From NCBI RefSeq assembly GCF_009914755.1, contig NC_060942.1: DNA of 64,000 nucleotides. One strand, 5' to 3'. The notes under the pieces were generated by a model. The model did no database searches, had not been told where the DNA came from, and was given only the letters and a program-made list of their open reading frames with translations. This document shows, in pieces, positions 1 to 15,779 of this stretch. Origin of the DNA: the human T2T-CHM13v2.0 reference genome, Homo sapiens. Numbering within the stretch: position 1 is the stretch's first letter; the number at the start of each line of letters is the position of its first letter. The translations under genes were made by a program, and so were the position numbers.

Positions 1-33
1 AAAAAAAAAACCCAAAAAAAAAAAAAAAAAAAA
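1..33 (+). repeat. Poly(A) run, probably the tail of a retroelement upstream of the window
   Basis: A10-CCC-A20 at the window edge. Confidence 0.6.
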
Positions 34-991
34 CCACCACCAAAGGAAACCTGCCTACAAATTCAGGAATTTTTGTTTAAAAATTAGTAGAAATCTTAAA
101 TATCTGAGTATACAACATGGGCTATTTTTCACCTCTTATATTCATTATAACATATAAAACTATTAAAAACAAAAAGCATAACATTGCCTGATGGACTTTT
201 TCACAGGCTGACGTAGTTACCTGTGAAAACTGTAACATCAAGGAGACAGTCTACGGGTACTTATTTATTTGTAAAGTTTCTATTTATTAGTGCTATTTGG
301 AATACAAAATATCACTCTAACAAGATTAGGGAAAATTAAAAGGGAAGCATAAATACAAGGGGCCTAGAATGATTAAGTTTAAATATTTACCTAGTAAGAA
401 TTTCGAGATAAGAGACTAGGGAGAAAAGGAGAGGAGTGATATTCTAAGGGTTAATGACCAAGAGCTTTCCTGAAAAAGGCCGGAAGGAAGATACTAAGCA
501 CACTTAACCCCAAGAAGGATATCTAGAAAGGAGCCTACATCCTCAATATATTAGAGTTAGATTGTGGAACACCAATGACAAGATAAAATTTGAATGAGTT
601 TAAAAGCAAGGTGGATGGAAAATGGAGGCAATCGTTTGATTTATAGCATTCTAAAGTATCTTGTATTGCTTGAGAAAAGGTTAATTCTGTTCATTAGCTT
701 CAGACTTTGTTAAGACAAGTGTGTTATAAAGTTTTTGAAAAGGAATAAGAGGGAATTTTTAAAGCCTGATTAACCCATAGAAAGCAGGCAAATATAATAG
801 TAAAAACAAGCAAAACAACAACAAAAACTTAGTAAATGGAAAGCACAAAATAAATCCACCATCAGAGAACATGATACTATAAGTGAATTAATCTAATCAA
901 CTTTAGATTTAAAAAAATAATCCACTTATGTGCTTCTTATAAGAGATACCCTTAAGACAAAAGGACAAAAAAAAAATGTTGAAAGTTAAGA

Positions 992-2190
992 CCAGCCTCA
1001 CATTAGTGATTGTTCAGTTAATACCATTTGCCTTAAATGACTCTCGAAGAGTTCTAATTTGCTGAAGACTCTTTTTCTCCATTTGGTATAATTTGCTAAG
1101 GAAAGATGCAATAAGAAGTGATAATTTGGGTTTTTTTAGGTAAACTCATGCTCACCAGTTTACTTAATATAAAATTTTCTGGTCAGAAAATATCTCAAAA
1201 AACAAATTTATATATTCATAATTCTAATTGTACATTGTGTTTGGGTAAACCCAAACAGAGTGAAGAGGTTGTATCTTTTATGACGTTTTAGTCTGTCACG
1301 TACATCACTGTTTCCATAGATTTAGGAAGTGCTCTTGTGTTTAGTTTTTATTTTGCCCTGAAGACGTTATCTGGACTTATAACTATGTTCAAGTGTATTT
1401 GGAATGAAAAATTAACCATAAGTTCCGAAAAGTTGAAAAACAGGTGCTGACATGGACTGCGCCTTCCGACAAATGCATGGTTCTCCGCCAATGCCCTCCC
1501 GTCATCAAGTCCTCCTCACTTGACAAGTACAATAAACTGTCATCATGCTATAGTTATTAGCGTGCTGCATTTACTTCTTTTTTATTTTTTAATTACCTAT
1601 ATGATATGGTTTGGATGTGTGTCCCCTCCAAATCTCATGTTGAAATGTGACCTCCAGTGTTGGAGGTGGGGCCCGGTGGAGGTGTTTGGGTCACGGGGGT
1701 TGATGCCTCATGAATGGCTTGGTGCCCTCCCGTGGTTATGAGTTCACATGGGAGCTGGTGTTGATGGAGCCTGACTCCTCCTCCTCACTCTCTCGCTCCC
1801 TCTCTTGCCATGTAATGTGCTGGCTCCACTTCACCTTCTGCCATGAGTAAAAGCTTCCTGAGGCCTCACCAGAAGCAGATGCCAGCACCAGGCTTCCTCT
1901 ACCTCCTACACAACCATGAGTCAAAATAAACCACTTTTCTTTATAAATTACCCAGTCTCAGATATTCCTTTATAGTAATGCAAGAACGTACTAACACACT
2001 ACATGAGTTTGTTTACATTGTTACTGTTTTTCTCTCTGTGAAAGCTTTTGAGAATCTAGAATTGGGATAAAACACATTGTCATTTTTGCTACTGAAGTAA
2101 TAGTCATATGTATTTTTTCATTTGAAATTATTTAATTTGGCAATAAGGATTTTAGGAATAAATTCATATCACTAAATAAGGGATAGGTAT
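992..2190. mobile_element. Probable old DNA-transposon remnant inserted in the L1
   Basis: Abrupt change of composition within the L1; weakly complementary ends (cacattagtga ... tcactaaataagg); family not recognised. Confidence 0.25.
1602..1998 (+). mobile_element. MaLR solo LTR, MSTB-like
   Basis: TGATATGGTTTGGATGTGTGTCCCCTCCAAATCTCATG ... TACTAACACA; 5-bp TSD CTATA/CTACA. Confidence 0.9.
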
Positions 2191-2548
2191 AATACACAAA
2201 TGTCTAACAAGCAGATATGAAATGAAGGCTGGAATAGCAATAATCATAGTAGGGAAATAAATTTTAAAGCAGAAAAAATTTAGGATTTCAAGGGACTGTG
2301 AAATAATTGTAAAAGTTGTAATTCATTAGTTCAATATATGCTGAACCTGTAAGTACCTGAAGATGTAGCCTAAAATGTATTAACAGAATATATAGAGCAA
2401 CAAAAAAATGGGCAAATCCATAGTCATAGTGAGAGATTTGACCAAAGTTCTTTCAGAAACTGGGCAAAAATTCATAATGATATAGGAAGTTTGAACAACA
2501 CAATTTAAATCTCAATCCAATGGATGCATATGAAATCTTCACCCAATC

Positions 2549-2810
2549 TGCCAGGTGTGGTGGCTCATGCCTGTAATCCCAGCACTTTGGGAGGCTGAGG
2601 CGGGCAGATCACCTGAGGTTGGGAGTTGGAGACCAGCCTGACCAATGTGAAGAAACCCTATGTCTACTAAAAATACAAAATTAGCCAGGTGTGGTGGCGC
2701 ATGCCTGTAATCCCAGCTACTCAGAAGGCTGAGGCAGGAGAATTGCTTGAACCCGAGAGGCAACAAGAGTGAAATTCCATCTCAAAAAATAACAACAACA
2801 AAAAAAGAAA
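2549..2810 (+). mobile_element. AluSp-like element with a ~47-bp right-arm deletion
   Basis: Alu consensus match with CCTGACCAA and GGCAACAAGAG diagnostics; A-rich tail. Confidence 0.93.
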
Positions 2811-4153
2811 GTTATTCTTTTTTAAGTATACATACACATTCTTTTTAGGCATAAACATTTACAAAAATGTACTAGGTTCCAACACAAAGCAAGTCTTAAC
2901 AAATGACAAAGATCAATGTCATACAATTAACATCTTTTACTCACAATGTTAAAAAATTATTTTGTAGGCTATTTTAACAGAATCTTAGGACATAGAAATT
3001 TGTATGACCTTTAACAGACTGCTTCAATTTCTGTCCGTGATAAGTTTTAGTTGTTTAAAATTTCCCATTTGTCTAAATTCAAACTAGATCAAAATTTTAT
3101 TTCAGATCTTTAGCAACTTTGCTGTCAGTATAAAAAAGGTGGGAAGACATACTGAGTATTGTGTAAGCTCTCTGATAAAGAATGACCATTTTTTATGTCT
3201 TGGCAAGAAGAAAACTCTAGGAAAGATATAAATCTTGTCTCATTCTATGTGCATATCAAAAGTTATCTATCTAAAGAACAAATGGCTCAATAAAAGAGTG
3301 ATTGCTCCTGGCAAAGTTATTTAAATGGTACTTTTTCATTTAGAATGGATCATGATAGTTGATATCACAATGAAAAGATTTGGTGTATTCCAGGTCTGAG
3401 TTCTTTTCAGAATGTTCAAGTTTATTTCTTTCAATAATACTCTGCCTCTGTTAATATATTCAAACTTTACAGTTTTGGAATATATAAAGTGATATTTGAA
3501 AGAGACATTTGAAATCTTGGCCAACATCCCCAGTTTAGAAATAAGAAGCCTGAGATTCTAAGTGGTCAGGTGCAGAGTCCGGTGTCACAACACATCATTA
3601 CTGGAAACAGAAGCCATGGCTTATGATTCTTAACCAGGTATTATTGTACCATAATATAGTTTTGTTAAAATATAATTTTAAAAGAAAAAATAATAACTCT
3701 CAGGAAATATATAATCAACATGTGTAAAAGAATTTCTTTAGCTTATTAGTTAATAAAGAATATCAGTAAGATATAATGACTAGTTCAGAGAGCATTTAAG
3801 AAATTAGATATTAATCATCAATTTTAAAAACAAATATTAGGATAAGATTGCTGAGTTAAAAATAAAAGGTATTGAGGTTTTCTGTTCCACCAGACAAAAG
3901 TTATTTATATTTCTACAGGACCAACCTCTATAGGTTAACAAGCAACTTCACCAAATCTGGGACTTTTAATCAATAGTAACCTTGATACAAACTAAATCCC
4001 TTCCCTTAGACAATCCTAAGTGGCCTTTTCCCCCATATGTTATTGAAACAACTTTCTGCTCATCTTTTACCTTATTTTCATGCTTTAGATTAGATCAACC
4101 AACTAGGTCTATATGTCAAATTCAACTCATCACCTGTTTTGTAAATGAAGTCT

Positions 4154-4457
<304 letters not shown>

Positions 4458-4474
4458 GTAAATGAAGTCTTCTT

Positions 4475-6330
4475 AGAGTCCAGGTTTTATCTGATTATTT
4501 CCAGGGGTGCATCCATAACATTAATTAATCATACAGTTCTTATTGAGTTTGCTCTGCCAGTGTAGAACTCTACAATATTGAGCAACTACTGAGGTCACAA
4601 AATTCACTTCTGTCTAGAAATTTTCAGAAGGAACTTGAGTTAGACTCTTGATCTCTCTTGTTCTTCTTTTCTAAGGCTAGGAAACCAACCCCAAAACATT
4701 CCGTCCACTAGATTTTTCCTGTAGTACCTATAAATTTAGGTGAAATCTTCTGTTCTAGAGCCCCCCCCCCCCAAATTTGCTAAGCTCCTTGGCCTTCCAG
4801 AAGTTTACTTCTTTCCTATTCCCTGTCCTAGGACTCTAGAAGCAGGTCCTGCATCAACTCACATATGTTCCTTAATGGTGAGTTGCTGCCATACTTGATT
4901 AAATATGAATCCCTCTCAAATATGGCACTCCAAGTGTAGATTTGGTTGCTACAGTGATTTAGGCGGTTAAGTTCTGGTAAAAATAGGCAGAGATTCTTAT
5001 CAATCCTATGCAAATAACTTATTACCTTGGAAAGTAAGAAGAGTCTAAAAATATTTGGTTCCAAATTTTGAGTGAGTCAGTGACACTTAGGTATCATTTA
5101 GAACATTTAAGTTTACAAAAGCATAATCTACTAAGGAAAGGGTTAAAGATAGCTTAAGAAGAAAGATAGTGGTTCCCTATATACTTACTAAAAGCAGAAA
5201 ATTAAAACAATGTCAGCCATATTCCAGACAAATAATCACAATTAAATTTTCCTCATGAGCTCATTTAGTCCTGGTGATTAATTTTTCTTCTTGCCTTGGA
5301 TCTGAGGTCAGCGGTCTGCCTGTGTGTAATACGTCTGCTAGTGGACTGAAAGGAGCCTAGGAGATGATGACTCACTCCACTGTAGAGTCGGAGAGTTGTC
5401 TAAGCCATGAGAATTTGGAAACCTATCCCTAAGAGCCTGTTCTTTGCAGAGTACTTGATACTGTCTCTTCTATGAGACTCTGGAACTGTCTTTTGTGCCA
5501 GACACCAATTCTAGCCTATAACTTAGAGCAGAGACTTCAGGCAAGCACCAAGAAGCAGAGATCTATTTGATGATGAGACTGATTGGCTGTGGTTAATTTA
5601 TTACAATAACCAATAATATAAGGACAAAGGACAGTAAAATCCTCCCATAGGTTCTCATAATGACTTGATCAATGTTTTCTCTGAAGGTAAGATTAGATTA
5701 TGGAAGGCACTGAAGAATCTCCAAAGCCTTTTTAAAAAGCACATAATTTCTGATATATTTATATGAATATTTTAGTTATATAAATAGCCTAAGGAAGCCT
5801 GGGCATCTCTTTTGATTTTATTATTCTTTCCACAAATCTCTTGGAATGGTATTGAACAAATTAGTAAATATGAAGCCACCAAACAAACCTAAGTATTTCT
5901 AGCATCTCTCGTTTTATAAGATAAAAGAACAAATTTCTCAAGTGCCCTCTATGAAACCTGAGAAATAATTCTGTGGGTGAATTTTAGGGGATCCAAAGCT
6001 GAAATATAATTTTGAAATTATGAATCTCAGACAAACATAAATGTACATATGTGAATAATTTTGTATAACACATTAATTAATAAGAACTAGATTTATGATT
6101 GGTTTGGGAAAATGTGAGAAATTATGTGTATCTAGACAATTTAACAAAGATTTGTTAAAACAAAATTACTGAGTCACATTATAAAACTGGCCAATATCTA
6201 CCATAAATCTTTGGCATTACTTGTTCTGCCAGGCAAAAATTATTTGCATATCTAACAGACAAAACTCTACCAATTAACAAGTAATTTTACAAAGACTAGA
6301 AACTTTCATTAATAACAAAAAATGAGACAA
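4475..6330 (-). mobile_element. Degenerate ERV1 (MER4-group) internal sequence
   Basis: Motifs such as ttcttatcaatcctatgcaaataac, ttccaaattttg and tttacaaaagcataatctact resemble MER4-group internal consensus as recalled; no ORF. Confidence 0.45.
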
Positions 6331-6348
6331 ACTAAGTGCATACCTGTG

Positions 6349-6540
6349 CTGTGCTGTCCAGTAAGGTAGCCACTAGCTATTGAAACGTGGCTACTTAAAT
6401 GTAAATTTAAATTAATTAAAATGAAATATAATGTAAAAAGCAGTTCTTCAGTCACACTCTCCACTTTTCTTGTGCTCAGTAACTACACTTTCTGAGGCTA
6501 CCACACTGTACATCACAGAAATTTATCTGGGACAGAGCTG
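6349..6540. mobile_element. hAT-Charlie MITE, MER3/MER33-like
   Basis: Terminal inverted ends ctgtgctgtcc ... ggacagagctg; internal gtagccactagcta and aaattaattaaaat. Confidence 0.75.
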
Positions 6541-6637
6541 TGCCTATCTAGACGATGCATGGGTGACCATGGCCCTTATATGATATTACTGGAACATGCT
6601 GACCACATTTTTGCCTTATTTCAGATAATTTTTCTGA

Positions 6638-6941
<304 letters not shown>

Positions 6942-7594
6942 TGATAGAATTTATAACCATTTAAAAGTAAAATTAGGTAGTAAATGCCTGTTGCATGAAA
7001 GGACTTTTCATATATCAGGACCATGCCAAACTGGATAATTTTATGAGTAAACCAAATGATACATAATATTTTTGGTAGTGTCACATTTTAAAGAAGTGGC
7101 TTTAGAGCAACACACACTTTAAAAAATGTATAATATTACCAAAATATAGTATGTATTACTTGGTTTACTTGGTTTCATAGGGGTTGATTCAGTTAACCTC
7201 TACAAAACCATGCAAGTTGGGATATTTGTGAATGGTCTGATAAAACTGAGTAGGGTCAAAATGGGAAGATGTGAGGTAAGGCAACCGCAGTATCTAAGAA
7301 AATTTGTGCTGCCTTTTGCTTCATGTAGAATTTTATTTTTCTATGCTCGATTATGATGAAACGGAATTGCTGCAAAAGTAACTTTCGTATTCAATAGAAC
7401 CTAGTTTTATAATAGCACCCAATAGTGCAGTAAGGAAATACAACATTATCTAATTGGATGTTATTAAAATGGAGATAGTTAACTTTATAATAAAGAACTA
7501 CTTTACCATGGTTTTCTCATTAGCAAAATGAAAGTCTTATTTCCTTGAATTTCATTATTGTTGTAAATTTCTTCATTTAGTAAAAAAAAAAGGC

Positions 7595-7930
7595 TATTAA
7601 TAGCTATTAGGTGCCTATTACATGAACAAGATAGAAACAGGGTCTTCCCATCTGGAGGGTGCAGACTGATAAGGAAGATAGAAAATGAATAACTAATTAA
7701 TAAATTGCATGAAGAAGTACAAAGGGAAGCCTTCTTTAGTCTCTGGGTGTGTGTGTGGAGGATGCAGTCAAGAAAGTCATCTCCAAGAAAGTGATATTTC
7801 GATAAGACCAGAGGATAAGTAGGAATTTTCTAGGCTAAGGGGGGTTTTGGAGGGAATTGAGTGAGGAATTTCAGGAAGGAGATATCATGTAGAAAAGCCC
7901 TGACAAAAGAGATAGCATAAGCGTTTGAGT
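7595..7930 (-). mobile_element. L2 fragment
   Basis: Degenerate L2 3'-region motifs (gtcaagaaagtcatctccaagaaagtgatatt, aggataagtaggaatt). Confidence 0.55.
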
Positions 7931-9388
7931 TTTTCATTGGATAGGACACTGCTGGAGTGTCGTATGTAATGGCAAAGTTTGAACAAATAAGCTATGTTTT
8001 GCCAAAGAGAAATGTACACTCACCCATGGGATGTAATAATGAGGAATGGGAAGTCTTAGGGACTCGAAAGAACAGTTTTTAAATGTTATTTCCTTTTGTG
8101 GCAAAAAGAAAGAGAACAAATTGGTGCAGATTATCTTCATACATCAAATTGCAACAGAAGACTGCATAAGTAAACCACCTCCAAATGACATGCTTCTCAT
8201 TCACAATTGCTCAAAATGATTCTCTCTGTGGAAAAAAAAACTACTTACATAGTCATGGACTTTCCACAAAGGTCAGTTTCGAACCATATCATAGTTTACT
8301 CATTCACTGTTGACTCTCTGGGTTGTCTTATGCACACAAGGCTTCTTCCCTGGATGGGTTAAGAGTTAAATCTTGGATGGGCTTATTGACTTTAGGCATC
8401 AAGAAGAGAAAGAGGCTACTCCCTTTGTCTAGAATAACAACCACAATTTTATTGCCAAAAGTAACTCAACCTTTATTTATAGTTTCAGTTATAGGCCATC
8501 TACATTAAGATACCTAAATAACATTAAATTTGATTGCAGAGTTTTATATTAGCTAATGAGTAGATTGATCAAAATTTAATTTTGAAGTTTATCTGGTACA
8601 TCTTGGCATCATCTCTCTTCCTTTCCACATATCTCTTAGGATATATTTATCCAACTCTGTTAGAAATACGTGTTGCTGGGTTTGGCATCTTTCTCGAATG
8701 TGAGCACAAAATAATCTTTGTATTTCCAGCACTTACTGCAGTGCCTGGCAAAGAGAGATGCTCAATACATGTTTATTGAAAGAATAAACAAGTGAAAAAA
8801 ATGAATGTGAACATAGGAGAAAGGAGAAATCTTTAAATGACTTTTTCTCTTAAATAAATGAATTTTTCACTTCAAATGGATGTGACCATATCTAAATTAT
8901 TTGACTAAATAATATTGAAGAGGCAAGATTTTTCAAACATAAGAATATCAATATAATCATTTATAATATGTTCAACTTTTATCGAACACCAACTAGGTTC
9001 AAATCAGCCATAAAAAGAGGTGTCAGACATACTTCTTGCCTTCTAGAAACTTGTGACAAAGTTGAACAAGAAAAATGTGTGCTTAAAAATGTAATGGTCA
9101 ATGTAGAAAATATATGCTACCTGCTGAATGGGTACAATAAAAAAAGAGAGATGCCAGACTTCGGAAGGTAAAGAGAAATCACAGGTTTGTAAGAGAGAAG
9201 AGCCTACGTATTATACTAGACTCCTCTGATTGTTCTTAGATGACTAACCACTGAGTCATAATCTTGTCTTTCTGCATATATTTCTCATTATTTATTTTAT
9301 AGCTGACTGCCTTTGAATACATTGCTTACATTTTCCACATAAGAATAACTGGAAAAGAGGAGGAAATGAATATTTGTTGATCACCCAT

Positions 9389-9756
9389 TGATATGGTTGG
9401 GCTCCGTGTCCCCACCCAAATCTCATCTCAAATTATAATCCCCATAATCCCCATGTATTGAGGGAGGGATCTGGTGGGAGGTGACTGGATCATGGGGGTG
9501 GTTTCTCCCATGCTGTTCTCGTGATAGTGAATCAGTTCTCGTGAGATCTGATGGTTTTTTAAGTGGCGGTTTCCTCTCTTGCTGTCTCTCTCACTTGCTG
9601 CCATGTAAAACATGCCTGATTCCCCTTCCACCATGATTGTAAGTTTCCTGATGCTTCCCCACCCATGCAGAACTGTGAGTCAATTAAACCCCTTTCTTTA
9701 TAAATTACCCAGTCCCAGGGAAGTTCTTTACAGCAGTGTGAAAATGGACTAATACA
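9389..9756 (+). mobile_element. MaLR solo LTR, THE1D-like
   Basis: TGATATGG ... GGACTAATACA; TSD CCCAT/CCTAT. Confidence 0.9.
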
Positions 9757-9914
9757 CCTATCATATCCCAGACATTGCAATCAGATTTTTCCATAACGTA
9801 CCTCTACCTTAAATCCCTTTTTAGAACATAACCACATTCATCTGTTTTTTAATTTGATCTGCACCTTTTGCTAGTTGTGGAACAAAACTTACTTGAATGT
9901 TTTTCATGAAACAA

Positions 9915-11220
<1,306 letters not shown>

Positions 11221-11902
11221 TTCATGGTCTGGTAACAAGTTCATGGAGGAAGAATTCATCTCATGGCTACAATTATTAAAATTCAGTTACTTGATTGATT
11301 CTGGATAAGGCAGTAATGTTAAGGATCTTCCTATAAGAATGATTATTTCTTATAGTTTCTATTAGCTCATCCCCAGATAATGAAACAATTCTCAGACATT
11401 GTCCTCCTAACCCCTTAGATGTCTAAATAGAAAGAGTTATAGAGCCTCAGGGATATGAAGGAAATGATGAGTCATTCTTGCAATCCTTACGTTGAATAAA
11501 CATTTTAGTATTCAGACCATTTTTTCCAACACAAATTTCCAGAACCTATTTTTATTAAAGAGAGCAATCTAACGTAACTCATCTGGATATTAGAACAAGA
11601 AAGGAAATGAGGACCTTCTTTCCAATGTTTTATTTATAGGATACCTGCCTGAGTTTCCACAGCTTGACAGTGGAATGTCTCCAGTCAACATGTCACTTTC
11701 TCTCAAGTAGAATCATGACCTAGGAGTGGCTAAAGTGGTCCTGTTGGCACAGTGAGAGCTTTCTAATTAGTTAGATCTAGGTATACATGCTGGATCAGCA
11801 ACTTTGGCAAGTCTCTTAAAAGTTCTGAGCCACAGCTTCCTTCATTTGTAAAATGTAAAGCTTGGGATATATAAGCCAGTATATAGCAGGCTCTCACTAA
11901 GT

Positions 11903-11962
11903 GATAGATAGACATAGACAGATGATAGATAGATAGATAGATGATAGATCGATAGATAGATA
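11903..11962 (+). repeat. Imperfect (GATA)n microsatellite
   Basis: GATA/GACA/GAT units read directly. Confidence 0.9.
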
Positions 11963-12585
11963 ATATAAAGAATGAAATGAGGAGATTTTACTGCTAGTGC
12001 ATTTTTATTAACAGAAGAAAGGAGGCTGAGAAATTGATGAAAACATATGACAAGACTAAAACTTGGTCTTTATTTTCAATAAACTCTACCTAGGTTTTTG
12101 GTCATGATGATAATCTAATAACCTACTTTCATAAAAAGCATTTATTCCGGAAGTCATGGATACTAAATAGTGTCCCTAGCATACAAAACCTAAGAGGCAA
12201 GTGGTATCACAATAATTTTCAAAGATAAGGTAAAATACAGTTAAATGTTACTAAGACCATATCTTCCTATGAGACCCTTTAAATTTTGAATTAGTAAATC
12301 AAAACTTGAAAAATACAAAAGGACAACATTAGAACACTCACCTACATTCCTCCGCCCATCCCACCATGTCACCCACAGCCCTGTTCCTTAAAGCTAAAGA
12401 GGTTTATCACCTATTCAGTGTTTCCATTTGCCAATACAGTCAAAGATGAATGTATATTATTTCCTCCCTTTTGTCACAAAAAAGTTAGTATACTAAGTTC
12501 ACTGTTGTGCATCTGGCTTTTAAGAAATATAGTGGCCATGAGAAGCTACTAAGAATCATTCCAATCTTATGTACTGTGCTGCTGA

Positions 12586-12911
<326 letters not shown>

Positions 12912-14402
12912 TCTAAGCTTTCTTTAAGTAAAAAGTGACCTACCTCCTGGCAATGGCTTAGTTCTCCTTTTGCCTAAGCTGGCAGTAGGTAAGAAGTCAA
13001 GGCCTCTATAATATCTGAAGACATAGTCTAGAGTTAAATACTTGCAAAAACAAGCTCTGAGGATTCTGACATTCTACCTTCTGGCAAAATCAGTCTTAAG
13101 GGGTTTGTTTTGGCCTGAAGGCTTGTGCTACAAATAAAAGTATATTTCAGTGTAAAAGTTAATGCAGCTTTTCATAGAGGAGTGAATGTTTTCATATGCA
13201 AAGCTTGAAAGGGAAAGAGAATCTAAAGCAGTCTTATTTTTCTGATTAGGACAAATGACCAGGAGAAAGCCTTTAAGGCAATTGTTTGCAAAATGACTTA
13301 ATTATCACCCTGGAGGAAACTGTAAGCCTCTTGTAACACTGTCCTTCAGGAAACTTACAGGAGAGACCTTTCTGGCAGTCGTAATGGTGGGTGGAATACA
13401 GTGTTGAAGTCATTATCGTACATGCGGTTTATTTGATGATTAAATTGCCTGGAAGCAGTTTCATCTTTCTGAGTTTATAAGCATCCTAGCTTGTTTTTCA
13501 AAAACCTAAAAGTACATGTACATGATGTTACTTAAATCTATCAGAACGGAAGGCAGGAGGAAGTTGGGGTCAGTCATACAAATGTTATAAAGTATAAGGT
13601 CATTTAAATCATTTGTAATTTATTTACTAAGAATACATTTGCTATGTCTGCAATAGATTGGCCTTCATTTCTGTGTTTTGCCTCTGCTAATAATCAAGTT
13701 TATTTGCATTTTCTGAGTATAAAGCAAGTAATTATGAGAACAAGTGCCCTGAAGACAGCTGAGTGGTAGGTGTAAGGCAGTCTGGCTTCCAGATTTTCTA
13801 TGTTTCTAGACTGTGAGACAGAAAACAGCAAATCCCTGGAGTCTAACCACAAGGAGGATGCTGCCCACTTGCATATGAAGACCAAAAGCTTCCAGTTGCA
13901 TAACACTGTGCTTTCCTCTGTGGATGTTGGCCATATCCCAGGACCTTGATAATAGGGCTCATGACTCCTAAAGTGTGCAGGAAAGCCTTGCAAATTTTGC
14001 ATCTATGTCAACTCACCCTGTGAGGTCAGCTTTTGGCAGGATGACCAGACCATGTACTACTTTTGGAAGCCTGCAGAAGTTGCTGGCAATCCTCAGAAGT
14101 GTGTCTTCCAATTTGGAACAAGATTTTCAAGCCTAGATAGAAACAGAGAAGATCACTTTTCTTCCTGGTCCTGTATAACATAATCTCAAGCATTCTTGGA
14201 CACCCACTCTTATTGCCTAAGCCAATGATTTTGTATCTGGTCCTTAATTCCACACTACTCTGCAGCATCTCATTCAGCTATTGTGCTATTTAGCTTTTAC
14301 ATACTGTAGTTTTCAACATTTTGTGTCACTGTAATTTTCAGCATTTTATGTCACTATATTAACATAACTGAATTAGAAGCTCTTTTTGTGGTGGTATTCT
14401 AT

Positions 14403-15110
14403 TATTCATTCAGCCCATATTGATTGAGTTCCTACTATGAATCAGATCCTCTTCTAGGGGCTGATAATAGAGTTCCTGTTATCTTGGAGCTCCAGACAGT
14501 ACAATGCAAATATGGAAATGCAGCTATAATATGTCAGATGTGAATAATTAATGAAGATCAAGGGCCGAGAGAGTAGGAGCTGATTTCCATTGAATCATGA
14601 GTGAGGAAAACTCAGTCCATGTGGAACTTAGGCAGAGTCCTGAGATCAGTGAGGGAATGAGCCATTCAGACAATAAATGCGGGAAAAAGCACCTAAGGCA
14701 GAGGGAATGATGACTGGTGGATGCCTGGTCCTTGCATAGCAGTGTGTTTGTCACATTCCAGGAAGAGCAAGAAGGTAAATATGGCTAGAATAAAGAGGGA
14801 GAGAGGAGAGTAATAGGAGGTGAGATCAGATACACAACAAAGAGCCAGAGTGGACAGAGCGAATCAGCTCATAGATCCTTGATAGAACTGTGGCCTTTAT
14901 GCCCAGTGAGATGAGAAACCCTTGAAGAGGTGGGAAAAATAAGAGACATGCTCTGTCACGTGTTAATGGTTCACTTGAGTGCCCTTAGGAAATCGACCGT
15001 AAGGGAGGTGGGGAGAAGCACAGACCAGTTACAGAGATATCACATCACAGTCCAGACAAGAGATGTTAGTGGTGAAAACCAGTGCCTAGAGGAGTGATTC
15101 TGATGTAATT
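14403..15110 (-). mobile_element. L2a fragment
   Basis: attcattca 3' tail followed by cagtgagggaatgagccat, aggcagagggaa, ggaggtgagatcaga and agaccagttacagag. Confidence 0.75.
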
Positions 15111-15629
15111 TATATCCAGCAATCATCCCTCGAGATAATTTGGGCCAAGCAATTTGCCTGAATCTGTTCTTTTTACCATTGTACTAACTTATTAAAATCA
15201 ACAGTGAATAAATGTTATATGAAGAAGATAGATTGATTTCATTCATTGGAAAGTGTGTGAGCCATGGCTACTTGTATATCTCCTAGGTAGCTCATATTGG
15301 ACCCATTCAAAATGATTAGCAGATTTGGATGCTTAATATTTCTTCTACCTTTCCTGTCTCATTTTAGGGCAAAGTTTTAGTTATTTATTTTTATTTCAAA
15401 ATGTGATAAAGAAATCTTCTAAGAGAAGATAAAAACCTGTTTTTATTTTCCTTTAAGATTTGGGCTATACTGATATTCTAGCATTTTGAGGCTTAGACAA
15501 TAGGTGACTATATCTCATCATTAGCAATCTAGACCCAACAGCTTGTTTCTTTTTGAAGGAGAATATAGAGAGGGTCAGGCCCAAGGCTATCTGAGGAAGA
15601 AAAATATTTCAGAAAACATTCTTTTCATC

Positions 15630-15779
15630 ACATACACACAAATGACAAATGTTTGGGGTAATGGATATGATAATTATTCTTATTTGATCATTACGTATAC
15701 ATTGTATACATGTATTGAACTATCACAATATACCCCATAATTATGTACAATAATTATGTGTCAGTTAAAAATAATAGTA
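15630..15779 (+). mobile_element. L1MA-type 3' end
   Basis: gtaatggatatg ... taccccataattatgtacaataattatgtgtcagttaaaaataa. Confidence 0.75.

Larger units (their letters stand above)
770..2960 (+). mobile_element. Old L1M remnant (ORF2 endonuclease region), interrupted at ~992-2190 and by an Alu
   Basis: A-rich degenerate L1 ORF2-like motifs (tatgtgcttcttataagagatac, gaaggctggaatagcaata, caaagcaagtcttaacaaat) on both sides of the inserts. Confidence 0.45.
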
